Below are positions 10,501 to 18,954 of a stretch of DNA of 32,000 bases, piece by piece; positions within the stretch are counted from its first letter, which is position 1; each line of letters opens with the position of its first letter. Below the pieces are notes generated by a model. The model did no database searches. It saw only the letters and a program-made list of their open reading frames with translations, and was not told where the DNA came from. Source of the stretch: Candidatus Heimdallarchaeota archaeon B3_Heim (GTDB taxonomy: Archaea; Asgardarchaeota; Heimdallarchaeia; Hodarchaeales; Hodarchaeaceae); the NCBI GenBank assembly GCA_003144275.1, contig NJBF01000037.1, positions 1-32,000 on the forward strand, written 5' to 3'. Both the position numbers and the translations under genes were made by a program.

Positions 10501-11922
10501 AAGACACCTCCTATCATAAATAGCTCGGGATATTCTGAAACGTTAACGAATCATACATTCACACGACTAGACTTTTGGGTAGATGCTATTGATACATTTG
10601 GATCTGTAGTTGGAGTGACACTTACAGTAAATTATTTCAATACTACATCATGGATAATTGTTGATGGGGAAATGGTCAACACAGGGAGTTATTATGCATA
10701 TTCTCTTTATTTGTGGTGTAATACGTCTTTTAATTATAGTATTCAAGTTTATGATGCAAAACCAAATATTATTGTAATAAATGATTCTAACTTAAGGACT
10801 TACTGGGGACCAGTAATTATCAAGTCAGGTATAAGACAAAATATAGATAATTCTCTGACGGTATGGGCTAATATTTCAGATTGGGGTTCAGGTATTTCTG
10901 AAGTTACTTTAGAATATGAATTTATACCTCAAGGTGGATCTGGGGGAAATGCTGCACATCTACAGGTTGAAACGATCTCAATGGAGTTTAATGGGAGTTT
11001 ATATATTTCTGAACTTATATTCTCTGAGGCAGGGACGTTAAGCTGGACTATTATCGCAAAGGATGAGCTAAACTCATTTACTGCAACTGAATCATCTCCC
11101 CAACCATTTTTTATTTCTCTACCCACCGAATCAGTGATTTGGGAGGATCTACTACCCGTTATCTTTGCCGTAGCAATTATTCCTTTGGTTATCGTTTTCA
11201 CTATTGCTAGTGTGAGAAGGAGACGATCTCGAAGAATTCAACAGAAAAAGGATATAGAAAGAGCATTAGCAAAGCGTTTTACTGATATTTTAAGTATGCG
11301 TTCAATAATTTGTCGAAATAAACATGGAATTCCTTTTTATACCACAAATTTTATGGCTGAAGACCAAGATTTAGATTTAACTGCTGGTCTTGCATCAGCT
11401 GTGTCTAGTCTTGTATCTGAAGTATCACAAAGAGCGATGAAAAAAGGTGAATTCGATCTTATAGAACGAGAAGGTTTTAGCATACTATCTCATCATGGGG
11501 AATACTCTACTATTAGTTTAGTTTCTGAAGGAAAATTAAGCCTATATATGAGAGACAGAATCTCCAAACTTCACAATGAACTGGAATCTCGTTTCACTCA
11601 AGAACAACTCGAGGATCCGATGTTTGGAGATCATCCTGAACTTATTCGAGGATTGGTATATAAATACTTGAATGTTGGTTTACTCAGTAAATTAACTATT
11701 GATTTTCAACGTTTCAAAGAGCTTGAGAAGGATTTCAGTGAAGATGAAAGAAAATTCATAACCTATCTTGCTGAAATACCACCGCTAGACGATGGTCAAA
11801 TTTCATTTTACGTAACGACTTTTACATCCTCCATTACTCGTCATGGAGCGTCCTTGGCATTAGCCTACACGCTGTTAGAAAAATGCTTCAAACTAAGAAT
11901 TATCTATCCTATCACATTTTGA
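7528..11922 (+). CDS. Large cell-surface protein: signal peptide, repeated Ig-like beta domains, one TM helix, cytoplasmic longin/roadblock-like domain
   Basis: Repeats opening D-x-x-[AP]-P-x-I (DNDPPII, DLNAPIV, DSVEPLI, DDNAIPKL, DIIAPQI, DFSAPKI, DKTPPII). TM LLPVIFAVAIIPLVIVFTIASV then RRRRSRR. Tail SIICRNKHGIPFY...DLTAGLASAVSSLVSEV. Confidence 0.8.
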   Translation: MNALLLSRIHKQARSMVFCLLIIFIIIPALNLNEYNDSNNHIFDFNSIPSLTDNNEDHYLEIELKNPFFSIQPFQQPRILFVVDNPISLNVDKDVRFFDFMNKSLNYNVVCHESNDSYSYENFDAIVISSSVGEESTVDSLSNVPIPIFTMQAGHNNEFQLGDDFSIKDSDKFYINDGDHYVSQNFDNKSFFTVYGAADPIGYIYDYTAVPIGAEINPIAVRVVKKESVYFQEDAVWLVLDKGDKDWNLTASPERRAFWGAYLGNSLTLSGWESWNRTLSWILYDDIPGNSTIKVEVLDLDNKTVSNAQVTLTDSGNHSVSWSQNTSSYGYTTFSNVPFGYYNITVEYEDSINTDLQFLEVAGERTYDIEPFLSYTVQIDEYSDNDPPIITDIQFNPLNSNFSASIYDVSNIDHVNLSLTVRDSSNGSLLRDTVYNMVSRNNLLYFNDSALQGLPLTGLSVLYNITATDVALNIEVSENKFFTLGDLNAPIVNSYNVTDNEDGSLVFYANITDTESLVQDVVLRINDTYENMYVNASGYWIFEKPAHFGLVLNYSIFSATDSVGNVNNDSINPNFGLITPQDSVEPLIYAVSDTLDTHEEGFVTFRATVEESNEFQSGINVSSVSVLLSIFNGTLWDNDTFYPMTALGVITYEFEYHFRYNDTVVYQIVAADLARNLNFGDEHNDTIDDNAIPKLSFNAQEFGNGVVEFNSTVVDWPYNATVVTLHFTQDYFGTWSNVSMTNITENLYIFQVSNFDFRLQDVWYYTTAIDQSSNLYEPTSDQYQKVELSDIIAPQIFFIIENSTSIDGQIFITSWANDPYGDTPNINNTFYINFTKQGVTSQYEMNYDSFYFYKFNHVFNYNDEINIEIWTTDSVGNIGKIDRTIIIGDFSAPKILNTGIFEYQNGTVTFWAEVIEFSTGSGLPAEKSSVKLEYVFISSFNVSMSWNGSENVYIYTVSGFVPGNAFTYRVSAFDNSNNSAVTFWNKENIEDKTPPIINSSGYSETLTNHTFTRLDFWVDAIDTFGSVVGVTLTVNYFNTTSWIIVDGEMVNTGSYYAYSLYLWCNTSFNYSIQVYDAKPNIIVINDSNLRTYWGPVIIKSGIRQNIDNSLTVWANISDWGSGISEVTLEYEFIPQGGSGGNAAHLQVETISMEFNGSLYISELIFSEAGTLSWTIIAKDELNSFTATESSPQPFFISLPTESVIWEDLLPVIFAVAIIPLVIVFTIASVRRRRSRRIQQKKDIERALAKRFTDILSMRSIICRNKHGIPFYTTNFMAEDQDLDLTAGLASAVSSLVSEVSQRAMKKGEFDLIEREGFSILSHHGEYSTISLVSEGKLSLYMRDRISKLHNELESRFTQEQLEDPMFGDHPELIRGLVYKYLNVGLLSKLTIDFQRFKELEKDFSEDERKFITYLAEIPPLDDGQISFYVTTFTSSITRHGASLALAYTLLEKCFKLRIIYPITF

Positions 11923-11974
11923 GATGAAAGGAAAGCCGTGGCGTAATTCTGTTAGAAATGAAAGAATTTTGACC

Positions 11975-12247
11975 TCATCGCCATCGTTTGAGAGTTGGGA
12001 GGAGGAATTCGAGATAATTTTTCGCTTCTTCCAATGTCATATTTCGAGATTTTGATGTAGAAGCAACCGTTAGCTCAATCATTTCCTTAATACTAATTTC
12101 AGGTTCAGTAAATCTGCCAGTTTCGAAACAATCACCGCAATAATCGTTACTTAACGTTCCATCTGCTTGAGTACCTTTATCATCAGGATTTTCTAGGGAA
12201 ATAGCGCAGCTTTGACATATTGGTTTTGTTGGTTTTTTAAAAGTCAA
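11975..12247 (-). CDS. Putative zinc-ribbon protein
   Basis: CQSC...DKGTQADGTLSNDYCGDC...FTEP, matching the small CQSCxMP zinc-ribbon family pattern. Confidence 0.75.
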   Translation of the reverse strand: MTFKKPTKPICQSCAISLENPDDKGTQADGTLSNDYCGDCFETGRFTEPEISIKEMIELTVASTSKSRNMTLEEAKNYLEFLLPTLKRWR

Positions 12248-12318
12248 TTTCCGTCATCCTCATCTATCCCTGTTTGTGTTTTAAAAATATATATCGCGGT
12301 AAAAAACTCAATACTATT

Positions 12319-13023
12319 TTAATCAACGATTTTCACAAGTAAATTATGTAGAGAATCCATATTTAAGCAATGGTTTAAGCAGACATCAATAATTTTTGAA
12401 TTTATAAACCTAGCAGGCTCAATAGATGGAGAAATAGCATAGAGTCCATTAAAAAGGAGATATTTAGCTCTTGGGTGAGAATTATCATATCCTCGTGGTG
12501 TTCGTTTATAATGCAAACCTCCTATATTATAATTTAACCCATTGAGAGACTCGATAACTGTTTCTATCTCCTCACCTTGTTTTGAAACTACTATTTTTCG
12601 GTATTTGTCAAGAGATAATTTATCAAAACGGTGTAATCCGCCATAAACCCATCCACCTGAAGCATCAAATCCTATAAAAAAACCAGGATGATTCATCTTC
12701 TTTCCTGTTCCTTCCCAAAAGACGGTACGAAGCCTTGTGTTATAGGGAGTTTTATCTTTTTTAAATCGAATATCTCGATGGATTCGCATAATGGAACCAG
12801 AGCCGTTTAGCCGTAAATCATATCTGATTTCCGTAGATATGTTTTCTTGTAAACTTTCACCTAAGGTAACAACAAATGATTTTGCAGGGTTAATTATATA
12901 CTCTAGATATTCCTGCTTATGGTTATTAAACCATTCTCGGTTATTATTTAGTTTTAATTCAGTTAGGAAATCCAAAGTTTCCTTGGGAAACCCTGAAAAA
13001 TTATTTAGATCCTTCATTGACAT
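12319..13023 (-). CDS. DUF2461 / TIGR02453-family protein
   Basis: FLTELKLNNNREWF...IMRIHRDIRFKKDKTPY...PRGYDNSHP motifs. Confidence 0.85.
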   Translation of the reverse strand: MSMKDLNNFSGFPKETLDFLTELKLNNNREWFNNHKQEYLEYIINPAKSFVVTLGESLQENISTEIRYDLRLNGSGSIMRIHRDIRFKKDKTPYNTRLRTVFWEGTGKKMNHPGFFIGFDASGGWVYGGLHRFDKLSLDKYRKIVVSKQGEEIETVIESLNGLNYNIGGLHYKRTPRGYDNSHPRAKYLLFNGLYAISPSIEPARFINSKIIDVCLNHCLNMDSLHNLLVKIVD

Positions 13024-13188
13024 TCAAATATAATCATTGATATCCTTCTTCCCATGTAATAATTGGGGGAGGCAGCTAAAGCAGGTCCAAGTATTTTTCT
13101 GTTTGTAAGAAATTGAGATCAATGGTATTTCGTCTTCAGATGTTTCACAGCAGACACATTTTGCTATCGTTTGATTCTGATTTGTCAT
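13024..13188 (-). CDS. 54-aa CxxC...CxxC zinc-binding microprotein (below the ORF-track cutoff)
   Basis: Manual translation: MTNQNQTIAKCVCCETSEDEIPLISISYKQKNTWTCFSCLPQLLHGKKDINDYI*. Its TGA directly abuts the DUF2461 ATG (TGAATG). Confidence 0.75.
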   Translation of the reverse strand: MTNQNQTIAKCVCCETSEDEIPLISISYKQKNTWTCFSCLPQLLHGKKDINDYI

Positions 13189-13419
13189 CGTTCTTCACTC
13201 TAGTATGTGATTACTCGTAGTTTACCCTTTAATCCTGTCATTAAATAAGTAACTTCCCGATTTACAGAATCACATTCTTGATACTTGTCTATTATTTGTG
13301 TAGAGATTGATCGTTAAAGTGGAACGAAACATTTAATAGGAGATCTTTCAACTAGATGAGGCAAATATGATCAAACAATTACTCGTGATGACTGTTTTCA
13401 TTTCCATAAATTTAATTCA

Positions 13420-14007
13420 TTGGAGGTAAAAATATTACCCGTTTGTCGCTCGTGTCATAATTATGTAATGAAGATAGATAAATCTCATCCTTGTCCTCAT
13501 TGCGGGAATGAAGAACCGCTTACAAAAGATCGTGAGATTAAATCTGTCATCCCAAATGATTTAATGCATAACTTTGGGGACAATCTTACTGATTTAGCAA
13601 ATAGAACAAGTTCACTAAGCTTTGAAGAAATATATGGGGATATCGCTTCTCTTCCAAAAATTTCTAATCTAATAAAAAAGGATCTTGGGGCAGAGAAAAT
13701 TCAGTCTAGATTGGTGTCCCAGAACCTACCCCTTGAATTTTTATTTCCTCACCTTGAAAATGCGACCCTTGATCCTGCTTCATTGAAAGTATTCTTCCAA
13801 TTAGCAGTCGAGTACCAGATAATTCTAAAAAATGCTTCTACTTTTCAGGAGGGGATGTATCGGTGGAGTCTAATTCTTCCTGATCGTCTACAGAAATTTG
13901 GATTGACTCTCGAAGCTTGGAATAAAATCAGTAGTGTTGGAGACAACGATCCAATAATCCAAGGTGAATTAAGGAAAATCATGAATACGATTAATGAGCC
14001 TCTATAA
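13420..14007 (+). CDS. Hypothetical protein with N-terminal zinc ribbon
   Basis: 195-aa ORF with a TTG start; CRSC...CPHC, then helical region. Confidence 0.65.
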   Translation: MEVKILPVCRSCHNYVMKIDKSHPCPHCGNEEPLTKDREIKSVIPNDLMHNFGDNLTDLANRTSSLSFEEIYGDIASLPKISNLIKKDLGAEKIQSRLVSQNLPLEFLFPHLENATLDPASLKVFFQLAVEYQIILKNASTFQEGMYRWSLILPDRLQKFGLTLEAWNKISSVGDNDPIIQGELRKIMNTINEPL

Positions 14008-14148
14008 TTTACATCTCTGCTCTTTTTCTTTTAAATGTCGATTTTGAGGATCTAGATTCTTTGCTAAGCATGGAAAAAAAGAATCAACCTGAATCCATAG
14101 ATATTCATACTTTATGAATGTATCTACTGAACTAGGTTAGTTTGGATG

Positions 14149-14646
14149 CTATTTAATAGCTTGAAACTTCTCGTTAGATGGATCGCTTAGAATTTTTGTT
14201 CTTTCAGCCTCAAATTGTTCTTGGGTTAATATTCCCCTTTCTTTTAGTGCCCCTAACCTTTCTAGTTGACTGATACGATCTTTTGAACGGAAGTTTCTAT
14301 CAATTGAAGATGATATCTCTTTATCAACGATAATGGCGCCTTTTCCCATACTGTAGGTGAGTAATAACAATAGAAATCCCACAGCTACCAAAACAATTCC
14401 AATTACGATCAATAATGGGGTTACTAATTCAGGACTGTCAATAAAAATTTGTGCACCTACTCCTTCTATAGTCATAGAATTCACAACCTCCGGAAACACC
14501 AGAGGAATCCAAGATAACGCCAGTATTATCCCACCCGCAAGTGCTAAGGCAAACCCTGTCACTCCAAGTGTGAACATTAGTAATCCAACGAAAAATCCTC
14601 CAATCCCTCTATATCCCAATTTTATCAAACTTGCACTATCACTCAT
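14149..14646 (-). CDS. Membrane protein with C-terminal SHOCT domain
   Basis: Two to three hydrophobic segments, then ISQLERLGALKERGILTQEQFEAERTKIL (SHOCT pattern). Confidence 0.8.
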   Translation of the reverse strand: MSDSASLIKLGYRGIGGFFVGLLMFTLGVTGFALALAGGIILALSWIPLVFPEVVNSMTIEGVGAQIFIDSPELVTPLLIVIGIVLVAVGFLLLLLTYSMGKGAIIVDKEISSSIDRNFRSKDRISQLERLGALKERGILTQEQFEAERTKILSDPSNEKFQAIK

Positions 14647-14921
14647 AATAAATCACATTTCGAAAAGTTACTCTTATGATAGAAGTAATAAATTTGGTGT
14701 ATATATTATAATTGATCTAGTGACATGACCTGCTCTCTGCCTAGCTATTTCTTTCAATCAACCTTAATAGCTACTTGAAATATTAAAAGAAAGGTCAAAT
14801 TTCTTGCTATTGCTAGCCCTAGAGGATTTAAATTTGCTTTTAGAAAACCACCGGTGACAATATAGAGAGGAAAGTTTAGGGACAAAAATTACTCTGAATA
14901 ACATTCTGCGAGGGGGAGTTA

Positions 14922-15128
14922 TCAGAATGAGGATCGAATATTGAAGTAAACGGTAAAGTAAAAATTCTTCAATTGGATAAACTGATCAAGTTTGTCTTCG
15001 TATTGAAGTCTTTCCGATTTATTCTGATTTTCGGAGAAAATTTTTTCCTCTTTTTTACATTCTGCCAATATTTTATCGTAAAATGCTAATCGGTGATCCA
15101 TATTTTCCCAGAAGTTTGGATTAAGCAT
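14922..15128 (-). CDS. Small hypothetical helical protein
   Basis: 68-aa non-overlapping ORF; no recognisable motif. Confidence 0.4.
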   Translation of the reverse strand: MLNPNFWENMDHRLAFYDKILAECKKEEKIFSENQNKSERLQYEDKLDQFIQLKNFYFTVYFNIRSSF

Positions 15129-15417
15129 AATTCATTTCCTCTTCTATATTTACCAATTAACCAATATGTATACATCTTAATAAACTAGAATGAAACAATA
15201 TTCCGCAGAGGATTATTCTCTGATGATTTATCTAGAGAAAAGAAAAGCTAAAATGGCTTTATTACCTCACTCGTAATGAAATTAATTTCAAAATAGGATA
15301 AAATTCGTTAACTTTGGCTTCTATATCTATGTAAAAATTTTTAGGGTTTAATTTCATAACAATATTTTTAGACATATCAGCCTCACTTGAAATTCAAATT
15401 GAAAATGGTGTACTAAC

Positions 15418-15726
15418 ATGGAAGAAAAAGAATCAATCCTTTACGTTGTTTTAGTAGCAATTACATTGATGATAATGCCAGGAACACTCAACAAGGACAA
15501 TGCTCTTTATGAAATATCTTTATTAGCAATATTAGGGGCAGAAATCTTATTAGCTATAGCAATGGTATTGCTAGCAGTTAAAAATATCCCTTTTCTCACT
15601 CCATATCTTCCAGTAGGATTAGGAGATAACGTTGTCAAGCTATTAGCTTGGACTGGAGTATTTATTGTAGGGATTTTGTTTGTAATCATCAGTTGGTTAG
15701 ATTCATTAGATTTATTAGCAGCTTAG
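15418..15726 (+). CDS. Small three-TM membrane protein
   Basis: 102 aa with three hydrophobic stretches; ATG preceded by GGTG. Confidence 0.65.
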   Translation: MEEKESILYVVLVAITLMIMPGTLNKDNALYEISLLAILGAEILLAIAMVLLAVKNIPFLTPYLPVGLGDNVVKLLAWTGVFIVGILFVIISWLDSLDLLAA

Positions 15727-15746
15727 AGGAAAATTCGCATTTATCG

Positions 15747-16106
15747 CTATTTTATTTGTTTCATGGCAAAATAAACTTTTAGCATATTATCAAGAGAACC
15801 CTCGAATTCAGAAAATATACTAGGTTCAATTAATCCTTCTTGGAGATACCCTGCATATTCTTCAAAAAACTGGGTCAAGATCACTTTCATTAGCATGTTT
15901 AATTTTCGTTTAGTTGCACGTTGTGGAGTTGTAACAATTGCTACAAGAATGGGTCTAATAATTTTATAGATTATTAAATGTTGATCGAGTTTTATTTCTT
16001 GAATTGCTTCTCCCATGATTCTTTCAGCAAAGTTCGCTATAGCGATAAGAAATCCGCTGATCATATTTGGCTCTGAATCCCCAGTAAAATAGTGCCTCGA
16101 TACCAA
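15747..16106 (-). CDS. Stand-alone longin/roadblock-like protein; true start probably upstream of 16106
   Basis: MISGFLIAIANFAERIMGEAIQEIKL...ILVAIV pattern. The frame stays open upstream to 16184 and encodes IRDIYVIHESGLCL, the expected first strand. Confidence 0.7.
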   Translation of the reverse strand: MVSRHYFTGDSEPNMISGFLIAIANFAERIMGEAIQEIKLDQHLIIYKIIRPILVAIVTTPQRATKRKLNMLMKVILTQFFEEYAGYLQEGLIEPSIFSEFEGSLDNMLKVYFAMKQIK

Positions 16107-16399
16107 ACATAAACCTGATTCATGGATTACGTAAATGTCACGAATCGGAAGTTTCTTGGTATACTTCGAAGGGGAAATGGGTTTTCAACTCCAACCTATG
16201 TTGAGATAATTTCTCCACAAAAGAGGGTGGTCACTTTCAAGTATCCCCTTACGCTCCTAGTTTATAACGTACCCAGCTATCGGAATAAGACACATTATTT
16301 GGATGAGTGTCATACTTATTTGGTTGAGGAAATGAAGAATGTCACGGTTTCGTTTCAAAAAAAAGGGGTTATCTAGTCATTTTCTACTACAAGAATCAT

Positions 16400-16891
16400 T
16401 TATTCACATTGTTTGGGAATGCGATTCATCCCACTGACTTTTGAATGGAAAAAATGAATATTTACAAATCGTTTCAATCCAGGTATTTTTCTGTGACCCA
16501 TCATACAAGATGACCCATTGCTCATTCCATTATCATCACAGATCGCAATACTCTCTTTTGAAATCGTTCCTGGCATAAACCAGATTGCTGGTTTTGGATT
16601 TAAATTTGCAGCTTCTTTCACAACCTCAGTTGTTAACTCTTTCTTGTGAACTACGATAACTACATCTACTGGCTCAGGAAGAGATTTTAGTGTAGGATAA
16701 GTAGGTTCACCTTCTACTAACTCTTTATCTTCAACAACAGGATAAACTGTATTAACACAATACCAAGAGTCTTCCAACCCTGATTTGAAAAGTCGAAATC
16801 CTTTGCTGGATAGTCCTCCAGTAAATGTTCCTACAATCGCATATTTCATATCTGTGGTAAATCCGTGATCTATTTCAACCATACTACTCAT
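16400..16891 (-). CDS. CoA-binding domain protein (YccU-like)
   Basis: YAIVG...VYPV...VEGEPTYPTLKSLPEPVDVVIV...AIWFMPG. Confidence 0.8.
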   Translation of the reverse strand: MSSMVEIDHGFTTDMKYAIVGTFTGGLSSKGFRLFKSGLEDSWYCVNTVYPVVEDKELVEGEPTYPTLKSLPEPVDVVIVVHKKELTTEVVKEAANLNPKPAIWFMPGTISKESIAICDDNGMSNGSSCMMGHRKIPGLKRFVNIHFFHSKVSGMNRIPKQCE

Positions 16892-16956
16892 CTCACAAAT
16901 TACAGCTTATTTTATGAAAACTGCTTAGTGATTTATATTTGTGAACATAAAGGTAA

Positions 16957-17172
16957 CCAAACATTTGGTTGATAAAGTTTGGTGATGCATTTATTTATGG
17001 AGATGATGCAAGCGCTAGAGAAGTGGTGAGTGAGCAAGCAAACGATTTAGGACTCAATGTTGTAGATCTCAGACCTTTGACCTAAGCACGCTAGTTAGAA
17101 CCATTGGCAATGCTATGGATTTTTAGGCTTATCAACAAGGTTATGGATCAGAAATGGCCTTTACGCTCCTAA
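16957..17172 (+). pseudogene. Remnant of the C-terminal part of an F420-dependent NADP oxidoreductase-like (COG2085) gene
   Basis: The frame from 16981 reads GDAFIYGDDASAREVVSEQANDLGLNVVDLRPLT*AR*LEPLAMLWI, with in-frame stops at 17083 and 17092. No N-terminal Rossmann part is visible. Confidence 0.65.
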
Positions 17173-17194
17173 CTAAATAGAAGACTATCTCATT

Positions 17195-17881
17195 TCAGGT
17201 GGAAGTGGAGACTTTCAAAGCGCCATACCCTTGGATGGAAAATACAACTGCCATAATATAGACAATTATTTTCTGTCCCACGACTTGAATGAACAATCCT
17301 TCAGTTGTCTCTGCAGCAGGTCCAAAAAATAATAGAATGAGGTATAGAAAAGAAATGCCTGTAAATGTGAGTAATGTATTCAAATATACACGTGGATAGG
17401 TTGTTTGCCTATATAAGACAAAAGAGTATATAGTTGAGGCAATGAATGTGAAAAAAAATCCAATCCTCACGGAAAGAAAGTGAGGTTCTAGTAATAGATC
17501 CCATGGGGTCAATCCCACTCCAATAAAGCCAATAGCCGCGATAATGCCAAAAATTGATCCCACTTGGGATAATCGATAGGTTGAAGCGTCATCCTGGAAC
17601 AGACTGATCCATGCAGAGTAAAATAATATCATTGCGATTCCAATGGTCAAAACAGAAGCTGTAAAGAGTATCCAGGCTATGGTATTCGCTTCACCAGAAT
17701 GTGCCACTGTTCGCCCTAAATCGCTAAAGAAATTATTTAAAAATGAATAACCTGATGCATCAGGGTTTGTATATGTACCTCCCGTATATACAAGCATGGC
17801 TACAAGTGTTAAGACAATATAGATACTTGCTCCAAGAAAAACAAGTATAAACGCGCCCCGTCTCCAATTTTGAAAATTCAT
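17195..17881 (-). CDS. Multi-pass membrane protein (DUF998-like)
   Basis: YTGGTY...GYSFLNNFFSDLG motif and about six TM segments. Confidence 0.65.
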   Translation of the reverse strand: MNFQNWRRGAFILVFLGASIYIVLTLVAMLVYTGGTYTNPDASGYSFLNNFFSDLGRTVAHSGEANTIAWILFTASVLTIGIAMILFYSAWISLFQDDASTYRLSQVGSIFGIIAAIGFIGVGLTPWDLLLEPHFLSVRIGFFFTFIASTIYSFVLYRQTTYPRVYLNTLLTFTGISFLYLILLFFGPAAETTEGLFIQVVGQKIIVYIMAVVFSIQGYGALKVSTST

Positions 17882-17971
17882 ACTTACACACCTAATATAT
17901 CTTGTGAGAAAAGAAATTAACTTTATGGAATCATTGAACTCCCGCCTGCGATAAAAAACTTTCGAATTTAC

Positions 17972-18694
17972 TCATTCAGTTACTTCAGTTTCATATTCTT
18001 CGTGGGCGAATAGAAAAGTTTTCTCAATCAGAGTATAGAAAACAACTAAAATGATTCCAATGTCAAATAATATAAGGGCTGGTTCTACTAGATGGAAAAT
18101 CATCATCAACATAATTACGTAAACATGATCATGTGAAACAGGTTGTGCTTCCTCAAATAACCAGCTAGAGTATATAGATATAACACTAAGGAAACCAAGA
18201 AATCCTAGTGCAATAGCAACTAGAAACCACACATTAAAACCCATTAATTCTGTTTTTGTGATTGTTATGTTAAAACCTATTGCCATCCACAAGAAAGTAC
18301 CTTTTCCCCCTTCTAGGACGAAATCTAACCATTCACCTGTCGTACTACTTATTCCTCTATTCCGTGCAAGTTGACCATCTACACAATCCATGATTGCTGA
18401 AACCCAGTAAATGAAACTTGCTAGTAGCAACCAGACAAAATCGTCTCCTGACAAAGCTAAAATCAAAGCACTGAGTACTGCAAGAAGAAAACCAAACCAC
18501 GTAATTCGATTTGGTGTTATGAAAGAAAGTGGATCAATGACTTTTACAATCTGGTTTGAAATATTGCGATGAAACCGAAGTGTAAATCCTTCTTTCTTGA
18601 ACGCATACTGCCCCCCTTTCTCTTCATTCGGCTTCCCTCCGATTAGTTTGGAACTTAAGTTTCTTAGACTATAATCTGTCTTTTTTTTCCCCAT
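17972..18694 (-). CDS. CDP-alcohol phosphatidyltransferase family protein
   Basis: TPNRIT and DCVDGQLAR...GEWLDFVLE, matching DxxDGxxAR...GxxxDxxxD with Glu at the last acidic position. Confidence 0.85.
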   Translation of the reverse strand: MGKKKTDYSLRNLSSKLIGGKPNEEKGGQYAFKKEGFTLRFHRNISNQIVKVIDPLSFITPNRITWFGFLLAVLSALILALSGDDFVWLLLASFIYWVSAIMDCVDGQLARNRGISSTTGEWLDFVLEGGKGTFLWMAIGFNITITKTELMGFNVWFLVAIALGFLGFLSVISIYSSWLFEEAQPVSHDHVYVIMLMMIFHLVEPALILFDIGIILVVFYTLIEKTFLFAHEEYETEVTE

Positions 18695-18954
18695 AGTATT
18701 TTCCTTCTAGAGAATTCAGATTTAAATTTGGTATCCATGACAGTAAATAGTGGAAATTTTCAGATTTTTTGGATATTAATGTAACAGAAGCCTCCATATG
18801 GCCCTTTATTAAGATTTACTATGATAATTTCCTATTTCAAAGTTACAACGGGCATACTTGGCGTGTTTAACCTGAATAAATTCTCTTTTAAATAATCATT
18901 TCTTATGGTCACTCAATATAAGCAAGGGATTTTGAAATTAATGAATTTCTCTCC

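Noticed and set aside
16122-16376. 84-aa plus-strand ORF
   Set aside because: No motif, and it overlaps the conserved 5' extension and the likely promoter and terminator of the minus-strand genes; probably a shadow ORF.
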